Below are positions 49,562 to 59,282 of a DNA stretch of 64,000 bases, piece after piece (position 1 is the first letter of the stretch; each line of letters starts with the position of its first letter). Both the position numbers and the translations under genes were made by a program. Under the pieces are notes generated by a model. That model was not told where the DNA came from. It saw only the letters and a list, made by a program, of their open reading frames with translations, and ran no database searches. Origin of the DNA: Clostridiaceae bacterium (lineage in GTDB: Bacteria > Bacillota > Clostridia > DUPQ01); the NCBI GenBank assembly GCA_012729955.1, contig JAAYBX010000153.1, forward strand, positions 712-64,711, given 5' to 3'.

Positions 49562-50311
49562 TTAGTAAACATTTATGCCGCTGAATATTTCTATCATTTC
49601 ACGGCGAAGACTGTTCGTAATTGCAAGCCTCGTTTTAGGCGCGATCTCATAAACATCAGTATTAAAAAGATAGTTTTGCAAATCTACCTCTTTAATCATC
49701 ATCTTTGAATGAAATATATTTGATTGATATACATTCACATCTACAGCATCATATCTTTCCAATGTCTTTTGGTCTATATAATCCTGTATGGAAGTAATAG
49801 CATGGTCTATAAAAAGTTTTCTTCCAGTTATATCTCTAGTAAATCCTCTTACTCTGTAATCCATTGTAATTATATCCGAATCGAAGTTGCCTATTAAAAA
49901 ATCTAATGTAGAAAGAGGAGTTATCTCTCCGCATGTCGCAACATCAATATCAACTCTGAAAGTTGCTATCGATGTGTCAGGGTGATACTCTGGATATGTG
50001 TGTACTGTTACATGGCTTTTATCAAGATGACCTACTATTTCTCTGTTCTTATGCGGAACCATGGCTTCTTCTGCGATTAAAAAAGTAGCGCTTGCACCTT
50101 GGGGTTCATAATCCTGCTTGGCTATATTAAGAACAGTGGCTCCAATCATCTGAGTGACTTTCGTCAGGATATTAGTGAGCCTTTCCGAGTTATATTGCTC
50201 ATTTATATAAGCGATATAATCTCTTTGCTCACGTTCGGACTTTGCATAACATACATCATAAATGTTAAAGCTTAAAGTCTTTGTCAGATTATTGAATCCG
50301 TATAATTTCAT
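49562..50311 (-). CDS. speD: S-adenosylmethionine decarboxylase proenzyme
   Basis: '[20 protein letters not shown]' is typical of SpeD-class AdoMetDC. Start trimmed to the internal Met. Confidence 0.7.
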   Translation of the reverse strand: MKLYGFNNLTKTLSFNIYDVCYAKSEREQRDYIAYINEQYNSERLTNILTKVTQMIGATVLNIAKQDYEPQGASATFLIAEEAMVPHKNREIVGHLDKSHVTVHTYPEYHPDTSIATFRVDIDVATCGEITPLSTLDFLIGNFDSDIITMDYRVRGFTRDITGRKLFIDHAITSIQDYIDQKTLERYDAVDVNVYQSNIFHSKMMIKEVDLQNYLFNTDVYEIAPKTRLAITNSLRREMIEIFSGINVY

Positions 50312-50818
50312 CTTTTCGTCCACATCAACCTCCAAAAAAAACAGGATATACCAACATTCTTGATACATCCTCGTAAAACAGTCTTTCCTTTTGGGAGCGC
50401 GTGCATAGCAGCTTTTGTTTCAGAGTCTATATAGCAAGAACTACTTTTACTACTCTTATTGACCGTTTTACAAGTGTGTATCCTATACACTTTTGGCCTT
50501 TGGGCCATCTTACAAAATCTGAGCTCTTAACTCAGTCAATAAGCAGCTTACGCTGCAATCGGCAGTTGACCCGGCTGTCCGTCTGGCCTTAGCTTCCAGT
50601 ATAGGAAGCGGTCAAGAAGTTCATGTAGCCTGCTTAAAACACGACTCAGAAACCGAAGTAAATATATCATTATATGCATAACGATGTCAATATCAAATTC
50701 CGAATCAATGCTCACGGCTTCCATAAATATCCCATATAGAGAGAAGAACAGATATTATCTGTTCTTCAGGACATATAAACGGGGCAGTTTATATGGGAAT
50801 CGAGCGTCATCATTAGTG

Positions 50819-50920
50819 CTAATAGATGAAAATGGATGCTACCATGAATACAAGCACAAACAGCATTATTACTCCCAGTATGATACTTGTTGTTTTAATG
50901 CTCATCGTTTCTTTATCCAT
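50819..50920 (-). CDS. 33-aa hydrophobic mini-protein (MDKETMSIKTTSIILGVIMLFVLVFMVASIFIY)
   Basis: AAGGAGG lies 9 nt upstream of the ATG. Contains one predicted TM helix. Not in the ORF track (under 60 aa). Confidence 0.35.
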   Translation of the reverse strand: MDKETMSIKTTSIILGVIMLFVLVFMVASIFIY

Positions 50921-51087
50921 TTTGTACTGCCTCCTTTTCCTCTATTACATATATACGAAACATCTTTCATTAATTTTGGGGTAGCAAAGATATATTTTTA
51001 TTACTTCCCTCTGTAAAGTAATAAATTTTCCTTATTGACAAGTAATATCCAAGTAGTAGAATTCTATTTATAGGAAAAGGAAGCAAT

Positions 51088-51249
51088 ATGGATTCGTATT
51101 GTGCAAAGATATGTGGGATATCATTGGATTTCGACATGGTAAAATGCTCTTATCTATTAGTCACGCATAATAATCCTTCCTGTCGTATAACCATATGTAA
51201 AAAAATATGTTATATAAATTTAAAAAATATATCGGAGGTATTTAAATGA
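51088..51249 (+). CDS. 53-aa Cys-rich mini-protein (MDSYCAKICGISLDFDMVKCSYLLVTHNNPSCRITICKKICYINLKNISEVFK)
   Basis: AAAGGAAG lies 5 nt upstream. A TTGACA-N17-TAGAAT promoter lies upstream. The TGA overlaps the ATG of the lipoprotein gene (ATGA coupling). Six Cys arranged CxxxC / CxxxxC / CxxxC. Confidence 0.35.
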   Translation: MDSYCAKICGISLDFDMVKCSYLLVTHNNPSCRITICKKICYINLKNISEVFK

Positions 51250-51908
51250 AGAAATTTATACTGTTATTGTGCATATTAATAGTTTTGTTGTCATTTACAA
51301 CTGGATGTAATGATGAAAATCCACCAAATAACGGATTCGACGAATATGGCGACCCATTTTCAATAAGTCCGTCTGATACATCAAATCAGGAAAATTCCAG
51401 CGCTAATGATTCCTTGGCTGATACACAATTCTGGTGGATCGAGACAAATATGAGAACATACTACTATGACAACCAATTAAAGGAAGACCATGAACTGGGA
51501 GCAGGTTTTTTTGTCTGGGAAAAGAAATCTTACCCTATCCCTGAAACTGACCAACTATATGAGGAAACTTACAACGGTACGCAATATTATGATTATTTCA
51601 GGTATGATAATCCCTATGGTTACGAAATGTGGGGTGATGTAGTACCGCAAGGTACACTTATAAGCATTGACTTTGGTGAGCCATATCCCGATAATGTCAC
51701 AATTTACAGAGATGACTGCACATATGAAAGTATGGTTGATGTCAGACTTCCAATGATGATTGAAACAAGCTTGTATTCAGACGGTAAAGTATCCTTTAAT
51801 GTAGATTTCGGTACTGAAAACCTCATTTACTATAGGGTATTCTACTCTTGGACCAGATTTAACGGGTTCTATTCAGCCTCATCATCATTCATCTTCAGAA
51901 AACCTTGA
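51246..51908 (+). CDS. Lipoprotein (signal peptide + lipobox Cys), unknown function
   Basis: 'MKKFILLLCILIVLLSFTTGC' with an LxxC lipobox. Aromatic/Asp-rich mature region. Confidence 0.6.
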   Translation: MKKFILLLCILIVLLSFTTGCNDENPPNNGFDEYGDPFSISPSDTSNQENSSANDSLADTQFWWIETNMRTYYYDNQLKEDHELGAGFFVWEKKSYPIPETDQLYEETYNGTQYYDYFRYDNPYGYEMWGDVVPQGTLISIDFGEPYPDNVTIYRDDCTYESMVDVRLPMMIETSLYSDGKVSFNVDFGTENLIYYRVFYSWTRFNGFYSASSSFIFRKP

Positions 51909-52025
51909 AAAGTCCACGCTCTTCAGGATTACCTTACACAGAGCTTGAGAATTCTATAAAAAGAAACAGAACAGAGGGAATCTGTTCTGTGTATAATAAA
52001 CGAGGTTTGAGATTGAATATTGGTT

Positions 52026-52865
52026 TTATCCTCGTCCATTATCATTGTTAGTGTCTGGCTTCTTCTCCTGCCCTGGTGTTTCTTTTACATCATCTTTTTC
52101 CTGGCCTGGCGTCTCAGATGGCCTGTTCTCCTGGATTTTATCTGTATTTTCTTTAGTCTGTTCCATTATTTCTTGTACGGATTTATCAAGCCAGTCTTCT
52201 TTATTTACACTTTCAGGATCTTCAGAGCTTTCTATCAGCTTTTCAATAAGATTTAGTTTGCCTGGAGTTATACCAAGTTCTTTTGCTTCCTCAACTCTTT
52301 CCAGACCTACTGCTTCTCCCATAACTAATGCTTTAGAATTATTTGCTGCAACTACAGACATAGCTGTTTCTTTAAGCATTACTGCCAGCTGTTCTGCACT
52401 ATTGTTATTCCTTGCTGCTGTTGCTATCATAATCCCTGAGCTTTCTGCCTGCAGATAACCTTCCTTAGCTGCTTGTGATATAGTCATTGACAGAGCATCT
52501 TCTATTTTTTTATTCTTTAAAGCTTTTATATTTAATTCTTCCAAAATGTTTTCCCCATCTTGGTTAACACCTTTTACATCAACTACTCTGTTATACATAT
52601 TTAATGAATACTCAATAGAAGGATTTATATCAACGCTTACATACCTGGCAGGTACATAATATGATGATGTCCCAAGGCCAAGAGCTAATAACAGGCTTGC
52701 TGCTGCAACTGTTATTGCTGTTTTAATTGTCATTATTTTTGTTGTCATTCCTGCATCAACCTCCTTACCGATCGTATAGTTCCTATTTCTTATCTTTATG
52801 ATGCTTCCATCATCACAGAGCATTGCGGCAGTTTTCTTTCTAACATCCACTATGACAGCCTTCAT
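52026..52865 (-). CDS. RsgI-like anti-sigma factor (N-terminal RsgI_N, one TM, disordered extracytoplasmic tail)
   Basis: 'MKAVIVDVRKKTAAMLCDDGSIIKIRNRNYTIG' fits the RsgI N-terminal domain. TM 'AITVAAASLLLALGLG'. Start trimmed so it abuts the sigma gene. Confidence 0.55.
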   Translation of the reverse strand: MKAVIVDVRKKTAAMLCDDGSIIKIRNRNYTIGKEVDAGMTTKIMTIKTAITVAAASLLLALGLGTSSYYVPARYVSVDINPSIEYSLNMYNRVVDVKGVNQDGENILEELNIKALKNKKIEDALSMTISQAAKEGYLQAESSGIMIATAARNNNSAEQLAVMLKETAMSVVAANNSKALVMGEAVGLERVEEAKELGITPGKLNLIEKLIESSEDPESVNKEDWLDKSVQEIMEQTKENTDKIQENRPSETPGQEKDDVKETPGQEKKPDTNNDNGRG

Positions 52866-52866
52866 A

Positions 52867-53589
52867 TCATTTACCTCCCTTCGTGATATATGATACGTAC
52901 TCAGCCAGCCACGGAAAGTCATTGGACAATAGCTGTGTCACCGCTATTACATATATACGATGACGTTCCAGAATTTTTCGGGGTAGTTTTGTGTTTTCCT
53001 GTATTTTTTTAATCGGTAATAGCTTTTTCTGATTTATTTCATTCAAGATCTCTATGTTTTCCAGTATGAATCTTACAGCAGAGGCACAAGCATTCTTAGT
53101 TTTCTTAGATTTGGGAGAAGTTTCAGCTAGATCGAAGAAAGAAAACCCGAACTCTTTGAATAATATGTTTGCAGCCTGAATCTCATATTTCAAAGCATCT
53201 TCCCTGCTTATTGCAAGCTTTTCAGCAAGCTGTGCTTTAATAGCTGCATTCTCGTCATCTTCAGCAGGTTCCATATCATAGACCGATGGATCTACAGATA
53301 TCTCCTGATTGTATTTGCTCTCTGATCTGAAATGGTCTATAAGTTTTCTTTTGATAATAACTGATGCATATGACAAAAAAGATCCCTTCTGTAAATCATA
53401 TGTTCGAACAGCTTCATGAAAAGCCATTATGGAAACTGACCACTCATCATCATGCTCATTTATATATCGTTTGGATATTTCGTACGCGCATTTTACTATA
53501 AAACCTCTGTTCTTTGTTAAAAACTCTTCAAATGCCCGTTCATCTTGCGATGCAAGTATTGCCTGCTCGTCCGTTATCCCCATCATCAC
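52867..53589 (-). CDS. SigI-like alternative sigma-70 family factor
   Basis: Region 2 'FLSYASVIIKRKLIDHFR'. Region 4 'LPRKILERHRIYVIAVTQLL'. Immediately upstream of the rsgI-like gene. Confidence 0.6.
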   Translation of the reverse strand: MMMGITDEQAILASQDERAFEEFLTKNRGFIVKCAYEISKRYINEHDDEWSVSIMAFHEAVRTYDLQKGSFLSYASVIIKRKLIDHFRSESKYNQEISVDPSVYDMEPAEDDENAAIKAQLAEKLAISREDALKYEIQAANILFKEFGFSFFDLAETSPKSKKTKNACASAVRFILENIEILNEINQKKLLPIKKIQENTKLPRKILERHRIYVIAVTQLLSNDFPWLAEYVSYITKGGK

Positions 53590-53964
53590 CTCTATAGTTA
53601 TTATTATACATATTTTTTATTGTTTAAAGCATAAAAACCATATGGGAAAAATAAAAAGCAAAATATAAAAAACTATCTTGTATTTTAATTGTTCATATAG
53701 TATAAACAATATTACTTATGCTTTTTATCTGCAGGTTCTTATGTTTAAGTGCAGCAGACAGGAATCATCAGCGGATAACATGTAAGGTTTATGCGCAGTT
53801 GGAAGACAAAATTACCATAAATCAATAATATGTTTTGATAATCTATAGCAAATCGGTATTTTGGCTTAATTTGCCTAAAAAAAGCCCGAAAAACGGTATT
53901 GATACGGATAAAACAGAGAAGTACAATTCATTAAACATAATTATTTGGAGGATAGGGACCTTTA

Positions 53965-54450
53965 ATGGTTGAATTAAAGAAGATAACATGGGAAAACTTC
54001 AGAGAGTGCCTGTCATTGGATGTAACAGAGGATCAGCAGAATTTCATAGACAGCAACGTATATGCACTAGCACAGGCTTATGTGGCTGCAACTAATGACA
54101 AATTCCCCCCTATCGCATATGCGGTATATAACTTTCAGACTGTTGTAGGAATAGTTATATTGGTCCATAAATATGCTAAGGATAATAAATTTTATCATGA
54201 GAACTGTTATGAAGTCGTAAGTTTTATGATAGGACGACAGTATCAGGGAAAGGGGTATGGAAAAGAAGCATTTGCCAGAGTAATTGACCTTATTAAAACG
54301 TTTCCCGAAGGTAAAGCTAAAGCAATATGTCTGTCATATGACCCTAAGAACGATACTGCTCGACGATTGTATGCTTCCTACGGATTCACCGAGACAGGTA
54401 TGATAAACGATATTGGTGAAGTGGTTGCGAAGCTTCCGATAAATAAATAG
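53965..54450 (+). CDS. GNAT N-acetyltransferase (possible diamine/spermidine acetyltransferase)
   Basis: 'RQYQGKGYGKEAFARVIDLI' motif A. 161 aa. Confidence 0.55.
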   Translation: MVELKKITWENFRECLSLDVTEDQQNFIDSNVYALAQAYVAATNDKFPPIAYAVYNFQTVVGIVILVHKYAKDNKFYHENCYEVVSFMIGRQYQGKGYGKEAFARVIDLIKTFPEGKAKAICLSYDPKNDTARRLYASYGFTETGMINDIGEVVAKLPINK

Positions 54451-54556
54451 TAATTTTTGTAAGAACGGCTTAAAGGCCGGTTTTTTATGTCTGTTTACAT
54501 TGACATGTATCAATACAAATCATAAAATAAAAGAAATACTATACTGGGGTGAAGAC

Positions 54557-54877
54557 ATGTTGGATAAATACAAACAGGATGTTGCAGTCTTTAAGGCATT
54601 AAGCGATGAGAATAGGCTGAAAATCCTTGAACTGCTTTCAGATGGTCAGAAATGTGCATGCATCCTACTTGAAAAACTATATATTACACAGCCTACCCTT
54701 TCGCATCATATGAAGATTTTATATGAATCAGGTCTTGTGGATAAGTTCAAACAGGGAAAATGGACCCATTATTCATTGAGTAAAGAGGGAGACAATTCAA
54801 TCAGACGACTTGCTGAAATGTATTCTTCTGCTAAAAATACAGAAGTAAGTCATAATGCATGCAAACCTGCAAAATAA
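54557..54877 (+). CDS. ArsR-family transcriptional regulator
   Basis: 'LSDENRLKILELLSDGQKCACILLEKLYITQPTLSHHMKIL' wHTH with a metal-type Cys pair. Confidence 0.7.
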   Translation: MLDKYKQDVAVFKALSDENRLKILELLSDGQKCACILLEKLYITQPTLSHHMKILYESGLVDKFKQGKWTHYSLSKEGDNSIRRLAEMYSSAKNTEVSHNACKPAK

Positions 54878-54894
54878 CAGAATAGGAGATATTT

Positions 54895-56934
54895 ATGGCA
54901 CAATACAGAATCCTTAAAGATGCTGTTAAAGCTTCAAAACAGCTTGAAAATGAGATAATCAGTTACAGCACTCAGCTTCTTAATCAAAACCAGCCAGATT
55001 TATATAGTATTAATTCAAAAAAAGCATGGGAAACTGAGAAAGAAAGAATAAAAAGTGTTATTAGAAACTCCTTCCCAAAAATTCTATTTGATAAGAGAGA
55101 ATTGAATGCTGTTTTAGTTTCAGCTTTCGAGTTTGATAACTTCCGGATAGAAAATGTTCTTTTCAACTCTCTTTTAGGATGGCAGGTTAACGCATCTGTG
55201 TATATTCCAAAAGGAAAAGGCCCTTTCCCGGCAGTAATATGTCCGACAGGCCACAGCTCAAAGTTCATGGATAATTATTATATCCCTGCACAGATGTTTG
55301 CTACTAACGGATACATAGCTGTTTCCTTCTGCCCTCCTGGCTGCTCTGGCGAGCTTGCTTACAGGAATGATCATTTTATAAACGGGTACTCCGGATGGCT
55401 TGTCGGCATATGGAGCCAGACCTACTTTATTGCAGATGCAATGGCTTGTGTAGACTATGTATATGGGCTTGATAACTGTGATACTTCTAAAAAAGTATCT
55501 ATTACCGGTGTTTCAGGAGGTGGCATTACTTCAATATACACTGCAGTTTTGGATGACAGGATTTCATTTTTAGCTCCGGTTTGCTGTATAAATAACAATC
55601 AGGATGATAAATTCAATGACCTTTACACTTCCTGTCCTGAGACTTTAGGAAAAGGATTCGCGCATTTAGGGGTGGACACTGCTTCCATTCTTGCATCTTT
55701 CGTTCCAGATAAGCTCCTCATAACAGCAGGTGAAAAAGATGAAGTCTTTGACTACAGAGTAACTCAGAAAATTTATGAAAGAGTAAAGCATATATATTCG
55801 CTATATGGCAAAGAGAATAATGTTGAAATGTATATTGAGAAAGGTACAGGACATAAATATAGCCCGACAATGGCTCTTGAGACTATCAAACATATGAACA
55901 TGCTGCAGTATACAGATACAAAACATCTCTTATACAGCAAAGATGAAATAGTGCACTTAAAAAGAGAGCAGCTTTCTTGTTATCCATCACTTCAGGTCAA
56001 TATGCATACAATAAACAGAGATACAGCAATAAACCTTAGGAAAAATAGATTATCATTATCCTATGAGTCTTTACAGCAGAAACTTAATGACATTCTGGAT
56101 ATACCAAGTATGAAAACAGAACCTTTAACTATTTGTGAACAGCCTTTATCTGAGCTGCCTTTAAGATGGTGCCACAGATTTAGAAATACGGTCATTACTC
56201 ATTCCAATGATTGTGAGATGCCTTTAATTCATGCTTTTAGGGATGATATGCTAGAAAGGCCTTTGTTATTATGGTTTGGAGAACAAGGGGCATGGGCGCA
56301 GTTCAATAAAAAAGGACCTTTATCCAAGATAATAGGATTTCTCGAAAGAACACCTATTAAAAATGAACATTCCGTCATGTCTTTTGACATATCAGGTCTT
56401 GGGGAACTCGATATGCAGCATACGACATACGATGCAGCATCATGGAACAGAATTGAGAGGATATTGACATATATCTCGGTATACAACAACCGTCCAATAA
56501 TGGGTTACAGAATAAGAGATATTCTGATAGCTATTAATTATGCAAAACAATATTCAACAAAAATAACTTTAGCCGGTTATGGGATAGGAGCGACTTCAGC
56601 ATTAATTGCTGCTTTTTTAGTTAAGAATGATATTGAAAAAGTAATAGCAGTAAAACCTTTGTGTTCATATGAATCGATTGCTGTCGAACCTTCTTTTGAA
56701 TGGTCTGAAAGTATACTAATTCCAGATATTCTGAAGTTTGCAGATGTTCCGGATATTCTTCTTCATCTTGGAAATAAGGCAATATGCATAAACCCTGCTG
56801 ATGCCTATCTAAAGACAATGAATAAAGAATTTTCTGATGAAATCTATAAAGAATCTATAGAAAACGGTACTCAGATAATATATGATGAAGACTGGGAAAA
56901 TGCATTGGTAAGAAGCATCTTAAGCAATGTATGA
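54895..56934 (+). CDS. Tandem alpha/beta-hydrolase-fold protein (acetyl-esterase/peptidase-S9-like), cytoplasmic
   Basis: 'ITGVSGGGITS' GxSxG in the N-terminal half. A second 'LAGYGIGATS' elbow is in the C-terminal half. Confidence 0.45.
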   Translation: MAQYRILKDAVKASKQLENEIISYSTQLLNQNQPDLYSINSKKAWETEKERIKSVIRNSFPKILFDKRELNAVLVSAFEFDNFRIENVLFNSLLGWQVNASVYIPKGKGPFPAVICPTGHSSKFMDNYYIPAQMFATNGYIAVSFCPPGCSGELAYRNDHFINGYSGWLVGIWSQTYFIADAMACVDYVYGLDNCDTSKKVSITGVSGGGITSIYTAVLDDRISFLAPVCCINNNQDDKFNDLYTSCPETLGKGFAHLGVDTASILASFVPDKLLITAGEKDEVFDYRVTQKIYERVKHIYSLYGKENNVEMYIEKGTGHKYSPTMALETIKHMNMLQYTDTKHLLYSKDEIVHLKREQLSCYPSLQVNMHTINRDTAINLRKNRLSLSYESLQQKLNDILDIPSMKTEPLTICEQPLSELPLRWCHRFRNTVITHSNDCEMPLIHAFRDDMLERPLLLWFGEQGAWAQFNKKGPLSKIIGFLERTPIKNEHSVMSFDISGLGELDMQHTTYDAASWNRIERILTYISVYNNRPIMGYRIRDILIAINYAKQYSTKITLAGYGIGATSALIAAFLVKNDIEKVIAVKPLCSYESIAVEPSFEWSESILIPDILKFADVPDILLHLGNKAICINPADAYLKTMNKEFSDEIYKESIENGTQIIYDEDWENALVRSILSNV

Positions 56935-56956
56935 TTACACATAAGAGGTGGATTGA

Positions 56957-57505
56957 ATGCTCAAGTATATAGTTTACAGGACAAAAACTGAATTCACAAA
57001 AAAGTATGCTGAACTGCTCGCAGCTAAGTTTAGGCTGCCCTGTTTATCATACGAAGAAGCCACAGAGAAAATTTCTCATGGCGAATCCATCTTATATATG
57101 GCAGGCATAAGGGCTTCAAAACTATATGATATCAAAAAAGCCATGAGAAGATATAACATTGAAGCAGTTATTGGGGTTGGTATGAGTGCTTCATCTGAAC
57201 AGTATAAAAAGGAAATAATCGAAAGCAATCTTCTAAACCAGATGCCTTTTTTCTATTTACGCGGTGGTACTGCTCCAGAGAAGCTGAAAGGTTTTGACAA
57301 ACTGCTTTTTAGTACTATAGCTAATATGACGAAAAAGTCAAAGCAAAAAGATAACAAGAAAATTTCTGATGAGGATAAAAAACTTGTGGATGCTTTCTTC
57401 ACAGGCGTAGATTATGTTGATGCAGACAACTTAAAGCCCATAATTGATTGGTATAGCAGTTATCTGATCATTCAAGACATGATAGGCAAAAAGTACAAGA
57501 AGTAA
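56957..57505 (+). CDS. Flavodoxin-like protein
   Basis: 'MLKYIVYRTKTEFTKKYAELLAAKF' resembles the flavodoxin N-terminal FMN-phosphate loop region. Confidence 0.35.
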   Translation: MLKYIVYRTKTEFTKKYAELLAAKFRLPCLSYEEATEKISHGESILYMAGIRASKLYDIKKAMRRYNIEAVIGVGMSASSEQYKKEIIESNLLNQMPFFYLRGGTAPEKLKGFDKLLFSTIANMTKKSKQKDNKKISDEDKKLVDAFFTGVDYVDADNLKPIIDWYSSYLIIQDMIGKKYKK

Positions 57506-57524
57506 TACTATTTCAAATTGCATA

Positions 57525-59273
57525 CTATAAATTTACTTTATCATCTTCTTTTAGGAATCTCAGCTGTTCTTTTGGTATATCAAATCCCAATGTCCCCCCG
57601 GGATTCATTATATTATCCTTGTCAAAATGATTTTTTAAAGCTCTGAATACTGAATATTCATTTTTCCCAATAGATCCTTCCAGCCATGGACCGAACATCT
57701 TGCCAATTCCATGATGATGACTCATTGATGCCTTGGACTTCTGTATAGCATCAAGTATTCCAGCATGATATGTCTTGTATTCATCAGGATCACTCATTTT
57801 AGCAATAAATATGAAATATAGATTCGCTCCTTGCGGGTATACATGTGACATATGGGTCATACATACTGTATCCGGTCTGGATTTGCAATACTTTCTGACT
57901 TGTTCATGAACATATGACATATTACTCCAGTTCACACTGCATTCCATCGTATCTGTCACTATTCCGAAATCCTGTAAAGTATCTCTTAGATATGGGTCTG
58001 TAAATCTGCCTTTTTCCCATGCTTTTGTTACTTCTCCTGTCAGATTCATGCCATTAAACTTTCTTGCGACTCTTCTGATATTTTTAGCACAGTTAATTGA
58101 ATATCCTTTTTCCCCATTTGTAAAACCTAAAAACAAGCACATTTCCCCTTCTTTAAAACCTTTTATATCAAATAGATGCCTCAAAGGGCTTTCTGTGACC
58201 CCATAAAGCCTTAACATTATCTGAGTCTCTTCAGGGTCAGATAGCCTGAATACTGAAGGATATCCTGCTTCCGACTGCATTATCTCTTTAGCAGCTTCTT
58301 GCGCAGTCTGCCAGTCTTTGAACATGTATGAAAACCTCTTTATTGTTTCTGGCATATTCCTAAATACTCTTAAGGTCACATGGGTCAAAACACCGAATGC
58401 TCCTTCCGACCCCATCATAATCTGCCCAAGATCAGGACCGACTGCTTTTCTAGGGTATTTATCTGTTTCGACAACTCCAATCGGAGTTGCATAAGACTGA
58501 TGTATTACTAAATCGGATATTGTGCCATAATATGTTGAGTTTTGGCCTGCTCCTCTTGTAACAGTCCATCCTCCAACTGATGAATATTCAAAACTTTGAG
58601 GGAAATGTCCGCATGTATATGTTCTTTTTGCACCAAAAAGTTTTTTAGCATTATTTAATACTTCTTCAAGTTTTGGGCCACTCATACCAGCTTCAACTGT
58701 AATGGTCTGGTCAGTTTCATTAAACAGTATGACTTTATTGAACCTTAATCTCATATCAAGGGATATACCTCCCTTAACACATTCCACTCCTCTTGTTACT
58801 GAAGATCCTCCTCCATAAACATATATAGGTATCTTGTATACAGAACAATATTCCACTATTTTTTCTATTTGCTCTTTTGTGTCGGGATATACTACTGCAT
58901 CAGGAAGGTTTTCAATTTTCTTGTTTCTTAACCTTAACACATCATACATGGTCTTCCCATATGCTACTGAAAGCCTTGAATAATCGTCTGTACGGACAAA
59001 ATCATGTCCGACTATCTCTTTGAAAGCATTAATATGTAGCTGATCCAGATTTGAAGGGATATCAAATTGAACTTTATCAAAACCAAGATTCTCTTTATAC
59101 TCTTTGAAGAATTCATCATCAACATGAAATACCTGTTTAATAAGTTTATACAAATTTTCATTGGGAGCCTTTATATGCCTAGGATCACCCCATTTGAAAA
59201 TGGATCTGTATGAATCTTTTGGAAATTCCCTGTCTACCCATTTTGGTTCAAAACCTTTGTATTTATGCGACAT
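57525..59273 (-). CDS. FAD-linked oxidase (FAD_binding_4 / PCMH type, GlcD/alkyl-DHAP-synthase-like)
   Basis: 'YVYGGGSSVTRG' FAD-binding motif. 582 aa. Confidence 0.6.
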   Translation of the reverse strand: MSHKYKGFEPKWVDREFPKDSYRSIFKWGDPRHIKAPNENLYKLIKQVFHVDDEFFKEYKENLGFDKVQFDIPSNLDQLHINAFKEIVGHDFVRTDDYSRLSVAYGKTMYDVLRLRNKKIENLPDAVVYPDTKEQIEKIVEYCSVYKIPIYVYGGGSSVTRGVECVKGGISLDMRLRFNKVILFNETDQTITVEAGMSGPKLEEVLNNAKKLFGAKRTYTCGHFPQSFEYSSVGGWTVTRGAGQNSTYYGTISDLVIHQSYATPIGVVETDKYPRKAVGPDLGQIMMGSEGAFGVLTHVTLRVFRNMPETIKRFSYMFKDWQTAQEAAKEIMQSEAGYPSVFRLSDPEETQIMLRLYGVTESPLRHLFDIKGFKEGEMCLFLGFTNGEKGYSINCAKNIRRVARKFNGMNLTGEVTKAWEKGRFTDPYLRDTLQDFGIVTDTMECSVNWSNMSYVHEQVRKYCKSRPDTVCMTHMSHVYPQGANLYFIFIAKMSDPDEYKTYHAGILDAIQKSKASMSHHHGIGKMFGPWLEGSIGKNEYSVFRALKNHFDKDNIMNPGGTLGFDIPKEQLRFLKEDDKVNL

Positions 59274-59282
59274 ATCAACCTC

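Noticed and set aside
50560-50620. A possible SRP (4.5S/scRNA) domain-IV-like motif AGGAAGCGGTCAAG
   Set aside because: Only the AGGAAGC-N-CAAG core matches. The universally conserved GGUCCGGAAGG stem and the GNRA loop context are absent (the loop here is AGUAUA). There are no matching Alu-domain elements.
51088-51249. The Cys-rich mini-ORF as a SCIFF (six-cysteines-in-forty-five) precursor for the radical SAM enzymes
   Set aside because: The SCIFF C-terminal GGCGEC...C-rich signature is absent. The Cys are spread along the peptide, and no SCIFF-type maturase lies adjacent. Kept as a generic Cys-rich small protein.
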